A stretch of DNA of 64,000 nucleotides from Candidatus Australimonas brisbanensis (GTDB lineage: Bacteria > Chloroflexota > Dehalococcoidia > Lucifugimonadales > Australimonadaceae). The stretch is taken from positions 26,745 to 90,744 of the forward strand of contig JAYQTA010000005.1 of NCBI GenBank assembly GCA_038147155.1, in the 5' to 3' direction. Made by a program: the position numbers and the translations under genes. The number at the start of each line of letters is the position of its first letter. Position 1 is the first letter of the stretch. Below the pieces are notes generated by a model. The model saw only the letters and a program-made list of their open reading frames with translations. It searched no databases and was not told the origin of the DNA. Below are positions 1 through 8,772 of the stretch, in pieces.

Positions 1-244
1 TCTGAAGGCTTGGCGGATTCGGCCCGGCGAAGGCCGCTACGTCGTCGGACATGGACGAGTAGTTGAACGTCCATCCGTAGCGCACTTCCGTCTGGTCACG
101 AACGAATCGCTCGGTGCTCTTCTTGAACACCAGAGCGCCCAGCTCGTACCCCTCCTCCTGGAACCGGCGCGCCAGATGATGCCCGATGCGCAGGCCCCAG
201 CCGCGCTGCTGGAAGATGAGGATCCGCTTACCGCCAGAGGCCAT
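1..244 (-). CDS. hypothetical protein, N-terminal part only (gene runs off left edge)
   Basis: ATG at 244 with AGGAG upstream. Reads MASGGKRILIFQQRGWGLRIGHHLARRFQEEGYELGALVFK and stays open to position 1. Last visible gene of the minus-strand glycan operon. Absent from the ORF track because it is truncated. Confidence 0.4.
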   Translation of the reverse strand, partial: MASGGKRILIFQQRGWGLRIGHHLARRFQEEGYELGALVFKKSTERFVRDQTEVRYGWTFNYSSMSDDVAAFAGPNPPSLQ

Positions 245-255
245 GTGCTCGCTCC

Positions 256-1272
256 TTACGCCCACGTACCGCCGCCCGCCTCACGCGCACGCAGCGCCAG
301 GCCCAGCGCCTCCGCGCCCTCGCGCGCCGTCTGCGCGGGCCGTGACCCGTCCAGCACGCAGGCCAACAGGTGCGTCAGTTCGTCCACGTACATGGCGTTC
401 CCGTCCCAGACGGGCTCATCCACCACGTCCGTCCACGCGCCTGTGGCTCTGCTGTAGAGGCGCACGTGCACGTGCTCAGGAGGCGGACCGTCGGAGCGCC
501 ACACCGCCACGCCCTCGCTGCCCACCACCTCGCACCCGCGCGCCTTCTCGGGGCGCAGGTAGTCCACGTGCGTCGCGGACACGGCACCCGAGGCGTGGGC
601 CAGCGTGAAGACCGCCGTGTCCTCCCCGTCCACCTCCAGGTCCGAGACCCTGGCCCAGCGGGCGTCCACGCCCGTGACCGGCCCTGCGAGCCAGCGCAGG
701 TAGTCGAACTCGTGCACCGCCTCCACCAGGATGCCTCCCCCCTCGGCCATGCGGGCCGAGTAGGTTCGCCGGTAGTCGGTCTGGGGGCGCCAGTCAGGCA
801 GGTACTGGCCGAACTCGGCCCGCAGCAGCAGGGGGCGGCCCACGGCGCCCTCGTCCAGCAGCCGCTTGAGCGCGGCGGGGCCGGGGTGGAAGCGCATGTT
901 CGCGCCCACCATGGCCACGCGTCCCGAGCGCTCCGCCGCTGCGGCGATGGCTTGGGCGTCCTCCCGGGTCACGGCGATGGGCTTCTCCACGAACAGGTGC
1001 GCGCCTGCCTCCAGCGCCACGACGGCGGCCTCGCGGTGCAGGTGCGTGGGGGTGCAGACGAAGACGAGGTCAGGCGCGGCGTCCAGCACCTGCGCCAGCC
1101 CCGGCGCCCACCGGGCGCCCGACGCGCGGGCCACGGCGGCCTTGGCGGGGTCGGCGTCAGTGGCAACCAGCGAGCCCACGCCCGCCGCGGCCAGGTTGCG
1201 CAGGTGGCGCGAGCCGATGGAGCCGAGGCCCACCACGCCCACGCGCAGTGCGCCCACGCGCGGGTCGCTCAC
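256..1272 (-). CDS. Gfo/Idh/MocA family NAD(P)-dependent oxidoreductase
   Basis: N-terminal Rossmann motif RVGVVGLGSIGSRH and family-typical EKP motif (LFVEKPIA). Start chosen at GTG 1272, which overlaps the upstream TGA (GTGA), rather than at the ORF-track start 1335. Confidence 0.8.
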   Translation of the reverse strand: MSDPRVGALRVGVVGLGSIGSRHLRNLAAAGVGSLVATDADPAKAAVARASGARWAPGLAQVLDAAPDLVFVCTPTHLHREAAVVALEAGAHLFVEKPIAVTREDAQAIAAAAERSGRVAMVGANMRFHPGPAALKRLLDEGAVGRPLLLRAEFGQYLPDWRPQTDYRRTYSARMAEGGGILVEAVHEFDYLRWLAGPVTGVDARWARVSDLEVDGEDTAVFTLAHASGAVSATHVDYLRPEKARGCEVVGSEGVAVWRSDGPPPEHVHVRLYSRATGAWTDVVDEPVWDGNAMYVDELTHLLACVLDGSRPAQTAREGAEALGLALRAREAGGGTWA

Positions 1273-1937
1273 TCCAGCCAACGCACCACCTCGAACGCCT
1301 CGGCGCGCGTGAGCCCCGCGGTGGCTCCGCGCCACGTAGCCAGCGCCTCCACCGCCTCCGGGGAGCGCGGGTGCGGGAAGGGGCGCAGCTCACCCGCATA
1401 GCACGCGAGGGCGCGCTGCTTGGCCTCCAGGGTTGCCGAGACGTCCACGAAGTGGGCTGGAGCGAACTGCGGCCCCGCCGCGCCGAAGCCCCACTCCGTC
1501 GCCGAGGGCACCTCGAAGGTGAGCACCCGGCGTACCGCGCTCTCCGGCAGTGGGCGCGTGGCGGTCACCACCGCCTGATGGGTGATGCGGTGGTCCACGT
1601 TCAGGTCCCCCGCGTGGTGGGTGTAGACGGTGTTGGGCGCGATGCGCGCCACCAGCCGCTCCACCGCCTGCACCACGTCCAGCAGCGCCAGGGTGTCGAA
1701 CCGGTTGTCCGGCAGGCCCAGGCACACCACCTCGGCCGCGCCCAGCACCCTGCCCGCCTCCTGGGCCTGGGCAGCCAATGCCCCCGTCGCCCCTGCGGGC
1801 GCACCGGCGCGGGAGGTCGCCCCCTCGCCCAGTATGGCGATGTGCACCTGCTCCCCATCGGCTGCCAGCCGGGCCACGGTGCCGCCGCAGCCGAGCACCT
1901 CGTCGTCGGGGTGCGCCGCCACCACCAGGACACTCAT
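1269..1937 (-). CDS. PIG-L/LmbE family N-acetylsugar deacetylase
   Basis: MSVLVVAAHPDDEVLGCGGT zinc-binding motif plus a downstream HxDH region (DLNVDH). ATGA overlap with the upstream gene. Confidence 0.85.
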   Translation of the reverse strand: MSVLVVAAHPDDEVLGCGGTVARLAADGEQVHIAILGEGATSRAGAPAGATGALAAQAQEAGRVLGAAEVVCLGLPDNRFDTLALLDVVQAVERLVARIAPNTVYTHHAGDLNVDHRITHQAVVTATRPLPESAVRRVLTFEVPSATEWGFGAAGPQFAPAHFVDVSATLEAKQRALACYAGELRPFPHPRSPEAVEALATWRGATAGLTRAEAFEVVRWLE

Positions 1938-2632
1938 GACTGCTCCTCCTCCGGGGTGATGCGCACCTGGGCCGTCAGCGCGCCACCCTCCAGCCGGGCG
2001 CCGGAGAGGGTGAGTCGCAGGCCGCCATGCCGCAGGAAGGCGCGGGGGTACCCCTCCGCGTCCAGCATGCGGATGAAATCGTACGCGGCCTGTGGGGTGA
2101 GCCCCTCCGGCAGCGCGCTCTGCTCCGGGGTGCGGCGCGTGAACAGCACCGGCTCACCCTCCTGGGGCACCGGCTCGACGGGGTGGGCGGCGAGTTGACC
2201 CGCCACCTCCAACGCCAGCCGGGAGGCGCGCTCGTACACCTCCTGCGCCGTGCCCTCCAGCGAGAGGGGGCGCTTGGCGTACACGGGGCCCGCGTCCATC
2301 TCCCCCGTCATGCGGATCGCAGTGAGCACCGTCTCGCGGTGGCCGCGCACGATCAGGTTCTGGAGGGGGCTGCCACCGCGCCCGTAGGGCAGGTCCGTCA
2401 TGTGGAAGTTGACGCAGGTGAACCGTTCAAGCAGCGCCTGCGGCACCTTCCACGACCAGTGCAGGAAGAAGACGAAGGCGGGGTCCAACGCCTCCAGGCG
2501 CTCGGCGGTCAGTTCCGCACGCGCACCGATGAAGGCCCACTCTCCGGGGGCTTCGCGCACCCACTCGTCGAAGAGTCGCCTGTTCCACGGGTGCACCGCC
2601 GCCACCACGTATCGTCCAGCGCCAGCCCCCAT
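1934..2632 (-). CDS. formyltransferase-fold protein (Met-tRNA formyltransferase-like, nonulosonic-acid-cluster type)
   Basis: VNFHMTDLPYGRGGSPLQN motif of the formyl transferase N-domain. Start moved to ATG 2632 (MGAGAGRYVV), which abuts the pseI-like stop (TGATG). Confidence 0.7.
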   Translation of the reverse strand: MGAGAGRYVVAAVHPWNRRLFDEWVREAPGEWAFIGARAELTAERLEALDPAFVFFLHWSWKVPQALLERFTCVNFHMTDLPYGRGGSPLQNLIVRGHRETVLTAIRMTGEMDAGPVYAKRPLSLEGTAQEVYERASRLALEVAGQLAAHPVEPVPQEGEPVLFTRRTPEQSALPEGLTPQAAYDFIRMLDAEGYPRAFLRHGGLRLTLSGARLEGGALTAQVRITPEEEQS

Positions 2633-3693
2633 CAGCCCACCAGATCCCAGGAGACCGGCGTGCCGCGCTGCACGTCGCGCGCGGCGCGCCGCCCGATCAC
2701 CGCATCGTAGTAGCACGGAGCAAGACCCGCGCCGGGGCGGATCGAGCGCACGTTGACGGGGGTGAGTTCCTCCCCGGCCCGCACGTCTTCGACGAAGAAG
2801 AGCGAGCGCTGGAAGACGGTGTTGCCGGACTCGGCCTCGGTGGGTGCGTAATTCACCGTGCCCAGCGCCTGCTCGGCGACGCGCACCCCGTCCACCAGCG
2901 CGCGCAGCTCCGCGGGCTCCATGGAGAAGGCGGCGTCCGGGCCGCCGTGGGAGCGCGAGAGGATGAAGTGCTTCTCGATGAAGCAGGCGCCCAGGGCCAC
3001 CGATGCCACCGCGGCGGCGATGCCCATGCTGTGGTCCGAGAAGCCCACTGGCACCCCGAAGGCGCCCGCCAGGTGCGGGATGGTGCGCAGGTTCAGGGTG
3101 GAGGCGGGCGCAGGGTAGGCCGAGGAGCAGCGCAGCAGGATCAGCTGCTCGTTGCCCTCCGCGCGCATGGTGCGCACGGCCTCATCGATGTCCGCCAGGC
3201 GCGCCATGCCGGTGGACAGCACCACCGGCTTGCCCGTGCGGGCGACCCGGCGCAGCAGCGGGGTGTCCATCAGCTCGAAGGAGGCGACCTTGTGCGCGGG
3301 GACCCCCATCTCCTCCAGGAAGTCCACCGCCGTCGCGTCGAAGGGGGTGGAGAAGAGGGTGATGCCGATGCGGTCGGCCTCCTCCTTCAGCCGGGGCTGC
3401 CACTCCCAGGGGGTGTAGGCCTGCTGGTAGAGCTGGTGGAGGGTGAGCCCGCCCCAGGTGTTGGAGGCCGGGAGCCGGAAGTGCGGCCCATCGGCGTCGA
3501 TGGTCATGGTATCGGGGGTGTAGGTCTGGAGCTTGACCGCATCCGCCCCGCACTCCTTGGCCTGGTGCACCAGCTCCAGCGCCCTGGCGTAGTCGTGGTT
3601 GTGGTTCGCGGAGATCTCCGCCACCACGTACACCGGCTGACCAGGGCCGATGGCCCGGCCTGCGATCTCAACCACTCTCGGGGGAGTGCTCAT
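2632..3693 (-). CDS. pseI: N-acetylneuraminate-synthase family enzyme, pseudaminic acid synthase-like
   Basis: VVAEISANHNHD and KLQTY motifs of the NeuB/PseI/SpsE family. C-terminal SAF-like domain. Sits in a pseB/pseC/pseG context. Confidence 0.85.
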   Translation of the reverse strand: MSTPPRVVEIAGRAIGPGQPVYVVAEISANHNHDYARALELVHQAKECGADAVKLQTYTPDTMTIDADGPHFRLPASNTWGGLTLHQLYQQAYTPWEWQPRLKEEADRIGITLFSTPFDATAVDFLEEMGVPAHKVASFELMDTPLLRRVARTGKPVVLSTGMARLADIDEAVRTMRAEGNEQLILLRCSSAYPAPASTLNLRTIPHLAGAFGVPVGFSDHSMGIAAAVASVALGACFIEKHFILSRSHGGPDAAFSMEPAELRALVDGVRVAEQALGTVNYAPTEAESGNTVFQRSLFFVEDVRAGEELTPVNVRSIRPGAGLAPCYYDAVIGRRAARDVQRGTPVSWDLVG

Positions 3694-4529
3694 CCCTGCC
3701 TGCTCCTGATCAGGCCCATCGGGCCCGGCTTGTCGAACCCCACGTCGCCCTCCTCCGCCAGGTAGAGCCGCAGGTGCACACGGCGCCCGTCCTCCTCGAA
3801 GTAGGCCCCGCCGTAGGGGGGAAAGGTGCGCGCGCGCAGCAGGTCGATGAGCTCGCGTCCCGTGTAGGTGCGGTCCAGGTCCACCCGGTCGATGCGCTCA
3901 ACGTCGGCGCGCCGGTGCGCCGTGCCACCCGCGGGCTGCGGGATGCGCGGCGCGGCCCCTGATCGCACCTGCGGCCATGCGCCGGTGAACACCCGGAAGG
4001 CAGCATCCTCCAGCTTGGCGTAGAGGCTCTCCCCCGTGTCGGTGGAGGCCACCGGCACCTGCTCCTGGGCGATGAGGTCGCCCGTGTCCACCCCCGCATC
4101 GATGTGGTGGAGTGTTGCCCCGGCGGGCGTCCCCTCCACGATGGCCCACACGTTGGGGTACTGGCCCCGGTTGTACGGCAGGTAGGACGGGTGAAGGTTC
4201 ACCACACCATGGGGGAACAACTTCAGGAACGGCACGCGCAGAATGTGGTCGAACAGGACCGACACGGCGATGTCCGCGCCCCAATCGCGAACACGGGCCA
4301 GGGTGCGCTCATCGGTCAGGTCCCGGCCCAGCACCACACACTCCGGGGCCAGCCCGTCGGCCGCACGCTCCAGCAGCGTGGCGCAGGTGCGCCGTTCCGG
4401 CGCATGGAGCACCAGCCCCACCACGTCCTCGCCCTGCGCGCGCAGCCACGTCAGCACCCGTGCGCCCAGCGCGTTGTTGACCAGGCACACCACGCGGACC
4501 GGAGCAGTGGTCTCGCTCATGGGGCTCAT
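3690..4529 (-). CDS. sugar N-formyltransferase-like protein
   Basis: NLHPSYLPYNRG and HHIDAGVDTGDLI motifs (Asn-His-Asp formyltransferase catalytic set). Start at ATG 4529 (MSPMSETT) overlaps the pseG stop (ATGA). The upstream part of ORF 3690..4790 is Arg/Gly-rich and looks non-coding. Confidence 0.75.
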   Translation of the reverse strand: MSPMSETTAPVRVVCLVNNALGARVLTWLRAQGEDVVGLVLHAPERRTCATLLERAADGLAPECVVLGRDLTDERTLARVRDWGADIAVSVLFDHILRVPFLKLFPHGVVNLHPSYLPYNRGQYPNVWAIVEGTPAGATLHHIDAGVDTGDLIAQEQVPVASTDTGESLYAKLEDAAFRVFTGAWPQVRSGAAPRIPQPAGGTAHRRADVERIDRVDLDRTYTGRELIDLLRARTFPPYGGAYFEEDGRRVHLRLYLAEEGDVGFDKPGPMGLIRSRQG

Positions 4530-5590
4530 TCTAACGCCTCGCTCATCAGCGCCCCAGCGACGCGCGATGCGCCTTTCCCGTCCACCAGGGCGCGGGCGGC
4601 CGCCGCCAGCGACTCCCGTTGAGTCTGCACATCCAGCAGGCGGGTGATGACGCTGGTGAGCACCAGGGCATCCGGTGCCTCGCCCATGCTCACTGCGGCA
4701 CCGGCGGCATCCAGCGCTGCCGCGATGCGCGCCTGGTTGTCTGCGATGACCACGGCCACGGTGGGCACGCCCAGGTGGGCCAGCTCCCACACCGTCGAAC
4801 CCGCGGCGCTCACCGCCAGGTCCGCCGCGGCCAGCAGCCCCGGCATGCCCTCCGGCGCCACTTCCAGCGTCACGGGCATGGGCAGCGATGCGACCTGCGC
4901 GCGCAGCGCCGGCAGGTTCGGGTTAGCCGCGCCGACGATGGCCGTGACGGCGAAGCCGGGGTGTGCCCGGTGCGCCGCGGCCAGCGCCCCCAGCGCCGCT
5001 CCCGTGTGGTTGGACGGGTCTGCGCCGCCCATGGTGACCACCACCCGGGCGACACGCTCCGGCTGGCGCTCGCGCCGCAGGCCAGGGGCCAGGAACTCCG
5101 GGCGCAGCAGCGCGTAGCGCGGGCCCAGCAGGGGGGCACAGTGGGCGGGCAGCCGGTAGGCGAGGGCCTCCGCGCCCAGGTTCTGGTTCAGCAGCAGGTC
5201 AGCTTCGTAGCCATCGCGCCCGCCCGCATCGTCCACCACCAGCGAGGCGGCGGCGTGCGCGCGCACGGTGCGCTGGTAGGCCGCATCGAAGTGGTAGCCG
5301 TCCAGCGCCGCGGCGCACCCCGGCATCGCATCGAGGGCAGCGAGCGTGGCGGGCAGGTCGGCAGGGTGCGGATGGTGGCCGGACAGGCGCTGCACGTCGA
5401 TGCCCATGCCCGCGGCGCGCGCTGCCAGCCCGTCGGGCTCGCAGTGGGTGAGCAGGCGCACTGCCCCACCCTGCTCGCGCCAGGCGGCGGCCAGGGCCAG
5501 GCACCGCATCAGGTGGCCGGTGCCCATGCCCGTGGTGGCGTCGGCGCGGATCAGCAGCGGGGGGCACGCCGGTGCAGTGTGCCTGGCCAC
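4526..5590 (-). CDS. pseG: UDP-2,4-diacetamido-2,4,6-trideoxy-hexose hydrolase-like glycosyltransferase-fold protein (PseG/SpsG type)
   Basis: LLIRADATTGMGTGHLMRCLALA N-terminus, typical of PseG/SpsG. GT-B fold size. GTG start abuts the upstream TAG. Confidence 0.8.
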   Translation of the reverse strand: MARHTAPACPPLLIRADATTGMGTGHLMRCLALAAAWREQGGAVRLLTHCEPDGLAARAAGMGIDVQRLSGHHPHPADLPATLAALDAMPGCAAALDGYHFDAAYQRTVRAHAAASLVVDDAGGRDGYEADLLLNQNLGAEALAYRLPAHCAPLLGPRYALLRPEFLAPGLRRERQPERVARVVVTMGGADPSNHTGAALGALAAAHRAHPGFAVTAIVGAANPNLPALRAQVASLPMPVTLEVAPEGMPGLLAAADLAVSAAGSTVWELAHLGVPTVAVVIADNQARIAAALDAAGAAVSMGEAPDALVLTSVITRLLDVQTQRESLAAAARALVDGKGASRVAGALMSEALE

Positions 5591-7630
5591 CTAGACCTTC
5601 CGGAAGACCGGCTGGACGGGTGCCCCCTTGAGGAACCGCGACGGTTCGCCCGAATCTATGGCGGCGGCGAGCACCTCCAGCGCCCCGTTGTAGGCGCGCA
5701 GCACGTCACGCACGTCCGCGTCCGTCATGGCTGCGCATACGTTGTGGAACCCCAGGGTCAGCACCCCCCGCTCGCCCACCTCCTGCTGGAGGAGGCTCTT
5801 GAGCACCAGCGTCGGGTCGCTGAACACCAGCACGCTGCGCGCGCCCAGCCCATCACAGCGCACGGCATCGCTCACCCGGTGGCGCTGCGCCAGGACGTTG
5901 AACCCGTCCATGAGCTTCTGGCCCACTTCCCACAGGTGCGGGAACGTCTCCGGGCGGCGCAGCTCGGCCAGGGTGGCCTGCGCTGCGGCCAGGGATGCCG
6001 CCTCACCCCCGAAGGTGAAGGAGAAGAACACCTCGTCCAGCAGCCGCATCACCTCTGCCCGCCCCGCGATGGCCGAGAGGGGCATGCCGTTGGCCAGGGC
6101 CTTGCCGTAGCAGGCCAGGTCCGGCTCCACGCCGAAGAACTCCTGCGCCCCGCCCAACCCCAGCCGGAAGCCGGTGATCACCTCATCGAAGATGAGCAGC
6201 GCGCCGTGCCGGTGGGCCATATCGCGCACCCCCTCCAGGAAGCCGGGTTCCGGCATGGTGGAGATGAAGGGTTCCATGATCACGCCAGCCACCTGGCCGG
6301 GGTGCTGGGTGAAGACGCGCTCCAGGCTCGCCAGGTCGTTGTAGGCGAAGGGGACGGTGAGCTCACGCACCGCCTGGGGGACGCCCAGTGCGCGCGTGGT
6401 GGTGCCGATGTACCAGTCCTGCCAGCCGTGGTAGCCGCAGGACGCGATCACGTCGCGCCCCGTGTGGGCGCGGGCCAGGCGCACCGCGGCGGAGGTGACG
6501 TCCGACCCGTTCTTCCCGAAGCGCACCATGTCCGCGCAGGGGATCAGCGCGCACAGCTCCTCCGCCACCTCCAGCTCCACCGGGTGCGGGAGCGAGAGTG
6601 CCGTCCCCTCGGCCAGCTGGCGGGTGATGGCCCCGGTGACCGCAGGGTGGTTGTGGCCCAGGATGATGGGCCCCAGCCCCAGGATGGTGTCCACGTACTC
6701 GTTGCCATCCACGTCCCACACGCGGGCGCCCTGCCCGCGCTGGAGGTAGACGGGCAACACGCCCTGGACGAACTGGCCGGGGTTCTTGGAGAAGGTTTGG
6801 GTGTAGGAGGGGATGACCCGCCCTGCCCGCTCCTTCAGCGCGAGGGAGCGCCCCTGCGCCAGCGCGCGGGCGGGCGTGGGGGGTTCAGCGGCGATGGTCT
6901 CGTAGTACCAGCGGTCGCGGACCACGCCATGGTTCAGGCGGGCCAGGGCCGGGTCGGCGTCCAGCAGGGCCAGCACCGTCGCAACGCCTGCGCCAGCGGG
7001 GTCGGCGCCGAGGCGGGCGTAGATGCCGCGCACCAGGTCCAGGTCCGGCTGCTCATCCACCGACAGGTGCAGGGTGAGTGCGCGGTGCGGGAGGTCAGAG
7101 CGCAGCGAGGCCTTGGTGAACCCATCCGTGCGGCGGATGTACCAGGTGACGTGCTCCCGGTCGGCGGGAGTCTCACCCTCCCACGCGGCACGCTCCAGTG
7201 CGTCCAGCCGCACGGCCTCCACGTCCACTCCCTCGGGGAAACCCCCGCCCAGATTCGACGCGTAGTCGGCGTCCGCGTCCCTGCGGGCCGCGACGACGCC
7301 ATCGATGACGGCGCTATCCAGCAGCGGGCAGTCGCCCGTCAGACGCACCACCACGTCGGCCCGCGCCTCGCGTGCTGCGCCCAGGGTGCGCTCCAGCACA
7401 TCGGTGAGGCTGCCACGGTGGCAGACGACGCCCTCGGTGGCGCACAGGGCGGCGATGGGGTCATCCGAGGGATCGGTGGACGTGGCGACCACCACCGCGT
7501 CCACACGCTGGGCACGCTGGGCGCGCTCCAGCACCCACGCCAGTAGCGGGCGGCCTGCCACCTCAGCCAGAGACTTGCCCGGCAGGCGCGACGAGGACAT
7601 GCGGGCCTGGATCACGGCGACGGTCCTCAT
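5591..7630 (-). CDS. fusion protein: SpsF/PseF-like cytidylyltransferase (N) + class-III aminotransferase, glutamate-1-semialdehyde aminomutase-like (C)
   Basis: N-terminus MRTVAVIQARMSSSRLPGKSL (SpsF/acylneuraminate cytidylyltransferase motif). C-terminal about 430 aa carry the class-III PLP fold (GYHGW, FDEVITGFR, YGKALANG). One uninterrupted frame. Start at ATG 7630 overlaps the pseC stop. Confidence 0.75.
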   Translation of the reverse strand: MRTVAVIQARMSSSRLPGKSLAEVAGRPLLAWVLERAQRAQRVDAVVVATSTDPSDDPIAALCATEGVVCHRGSLTDVLERTLGAAREARADVVVRLTGDCPLLDSAVIDGVVAARRDADADYASNLGGGFPEGVDVEAVRLDALERAAWEGETPADREHVTWYIRRTDGFTKASLRSDLPHRALTLHLSVDEQPDLDLVRGIYARLGADPAGAGVATVLALLDADPALARLNHGVVRDRWYYETIAAEPPTPARALAQGRSLALKERAGRVIPSYTQTFSKNPGQFVQGVLPVYLQRGQGARVWDVDGNEYVDTILGLGPIILGHNHPAVTGAITRQLAEGTALSLPHPVELEVAEELCALIPCADMVRFGKNGSDVTSAAVRLARAHTGRDVIASCGYHGWQDWYIGTTTRALGVPQAVRELTVPFAYNDLASLERVFTQHPGQVAGVIMEPFISTMPEPGFLEGVRDMAHRHGALLIFDEVITGFRLGLGGAQEFFGVEPDLACYGKALANGMPLSAIAGRAEVMRLLDEVFFSFTFGGEAASLAAAQATLAELRRPETFPHLWEVGQKLMDGFNVLAQRHRVSDAVRCDGLGARSVLVFSDPTLVLKSLLQQEVGERGVLTLGFHNVCAAMTDADVRDVLRAYNGALEVLAAAIDSGEPSRFLKGAPVQPVFRKV

Positions 7631-8772
7631 GCCCCTGCCTCCCGAAGCGCCCCATCGAGCGCCGCCACCACCCTGTCCACGTCTGCGTCGGTCATGGCCG
7701 GGAAGAGCGGGAGGGTGAGCAGTTCGTCGTAGGCGGCCTCGGCGGCCGGACACAGCCCCCGGCTGGTGCCGAACCGCTCCCGGTAGTAGGTGTGCAGGTG
7801 CACCGGCAGGTAGTGGACGTTCACGCCGATGCCCGCCGCGCGCAGCGCATCAAACACCCTGGCGCGCACCGCGGCAGGCACCCGCACCGGGTAGATGTGG
7901 TAGGCGTGCTCCACGCCGGGGCGCACCGCCACCGGGCGCACGTCCGCAAGCGCCGTCAGCCCCGCGTCGTACCGCGCGGCAAGCGCGCGCCGGCGGGCCA
8001 ACCAGGAGGGCAGGTGCCGCAGCTGGCTGATGCCCAGGGCGCAGGCGATGTCGGAGAGGCGGTAGTTGTAGCCCAGGTCCACCATCTCGTAGACCCAGGT
8101 GCCCTGGGCGGAGCGCTGACGGTGGTCGACGTCGATGCCGTGGTTACGGAAGCGGCGCGCGCGCCCGGCCAGCGCCTCGTCGGCGCTCACCACCATGCCG
8201 CCCTCCCCCGTGGTGACGTGCTTAACGGGGTGGAAGCTGAACACCGTTGCGTCGGCGAGAGTGCCCACGGGCACCCCATCCAGCGCGCCCCCCAGGGCGT
8301 GGCACCCGTCAGCGAAGAGCAGCGCGCCGTGCTGGTCCGCCAGGGCCCGCAGCGCCGGGTAATCGGCGGGTTGGCCCGCGTAGTCAACAGCGATGATGGC
8401 CCGGGTGCGCGGGGAGATGCGCTCTGCGGCCTGTGCGGGCCCCAGCAGCAGCGTGGCGGGGTCCACGTCGGCGATCACGGGCGTTGCGCCGCAGTAGAGG
8501 GCGGCGTTGGCCGTGGCCGCGAAGGTGAGGGCGGGGACGATGACCTCATCGCCGGGGCCCACGCCCGCCGCGGCCAGCATGGCATGGAGCGCCGCGGTGC
8601 CGGAGGAGACGGCGACGGCGTGCGGCGCGCCCACCACAGCCCCCACCGCAGCCTCGAACCGTTCCACCGCCGGGCCCGTGGTGAGCCAGGACGAGCGGAG
8701 CACCTCGGCCACCGCCGCAACGTCAGCCTCGTCCAGCTGCTGGCGCCCGTAGGGTAGGAACGGCTCGCTCAT
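7627..8772 (-). CDS. pseC: DegT/DnrJ/EryC1 family aminotransferase (PseC-like UDP-4-keto-6-deoxy-sugar transaminase)
   Basis: PYGRQQLDEADVAAVAEVLRSSWLTTGP N-terminus and FSFHPVKHVTTGEGG PLP-lysine motif. Confidence 0.85.
   Translation of the reverse strand: MSEPFLPYGRQQLDEADVAAVAEVLRSSWLTTGPAVERFEAAVGAVVGAPHAVAVSSGTAALHAMLAAAGVGPGDEVIVPALTFAATANAALYCGATPVIADVDPATLLLGPAQAAERISPRTRAIIAVDYAGQPADYPALRALADQHGALLFADGCHALGGALDGVPVGTLADATVFSFHPVKHVTTGEGGMVVSADEALAGRARRFRNHGIDVDHRQRSAQGTWVYEMVDLGYNYRLSDIACALGISQLRHLPSWLARRRALAARYDAGLTALADVRPVAVRPGVEHAYHIYPVRVPAAVRARVFDALRAAGIGVNVHYLPVHLHTYYRERFGTSRGLCPAAEAAYDELLTLPLFPAMTDADVDRVVAALDGALREAGA

Noticed and set aside
4619-7546. 975-aa plus-strand ORF
   Set aside because: It lies antisense to the pseG-like and cytidylyltransferase::aminotransferase genes. 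The composition is Arg/Gly/His/Ala-rich low complexity, typical of shadow ORFs in very GC-rich DNA. No motifs. The minus-strand genes have clear family signatures.
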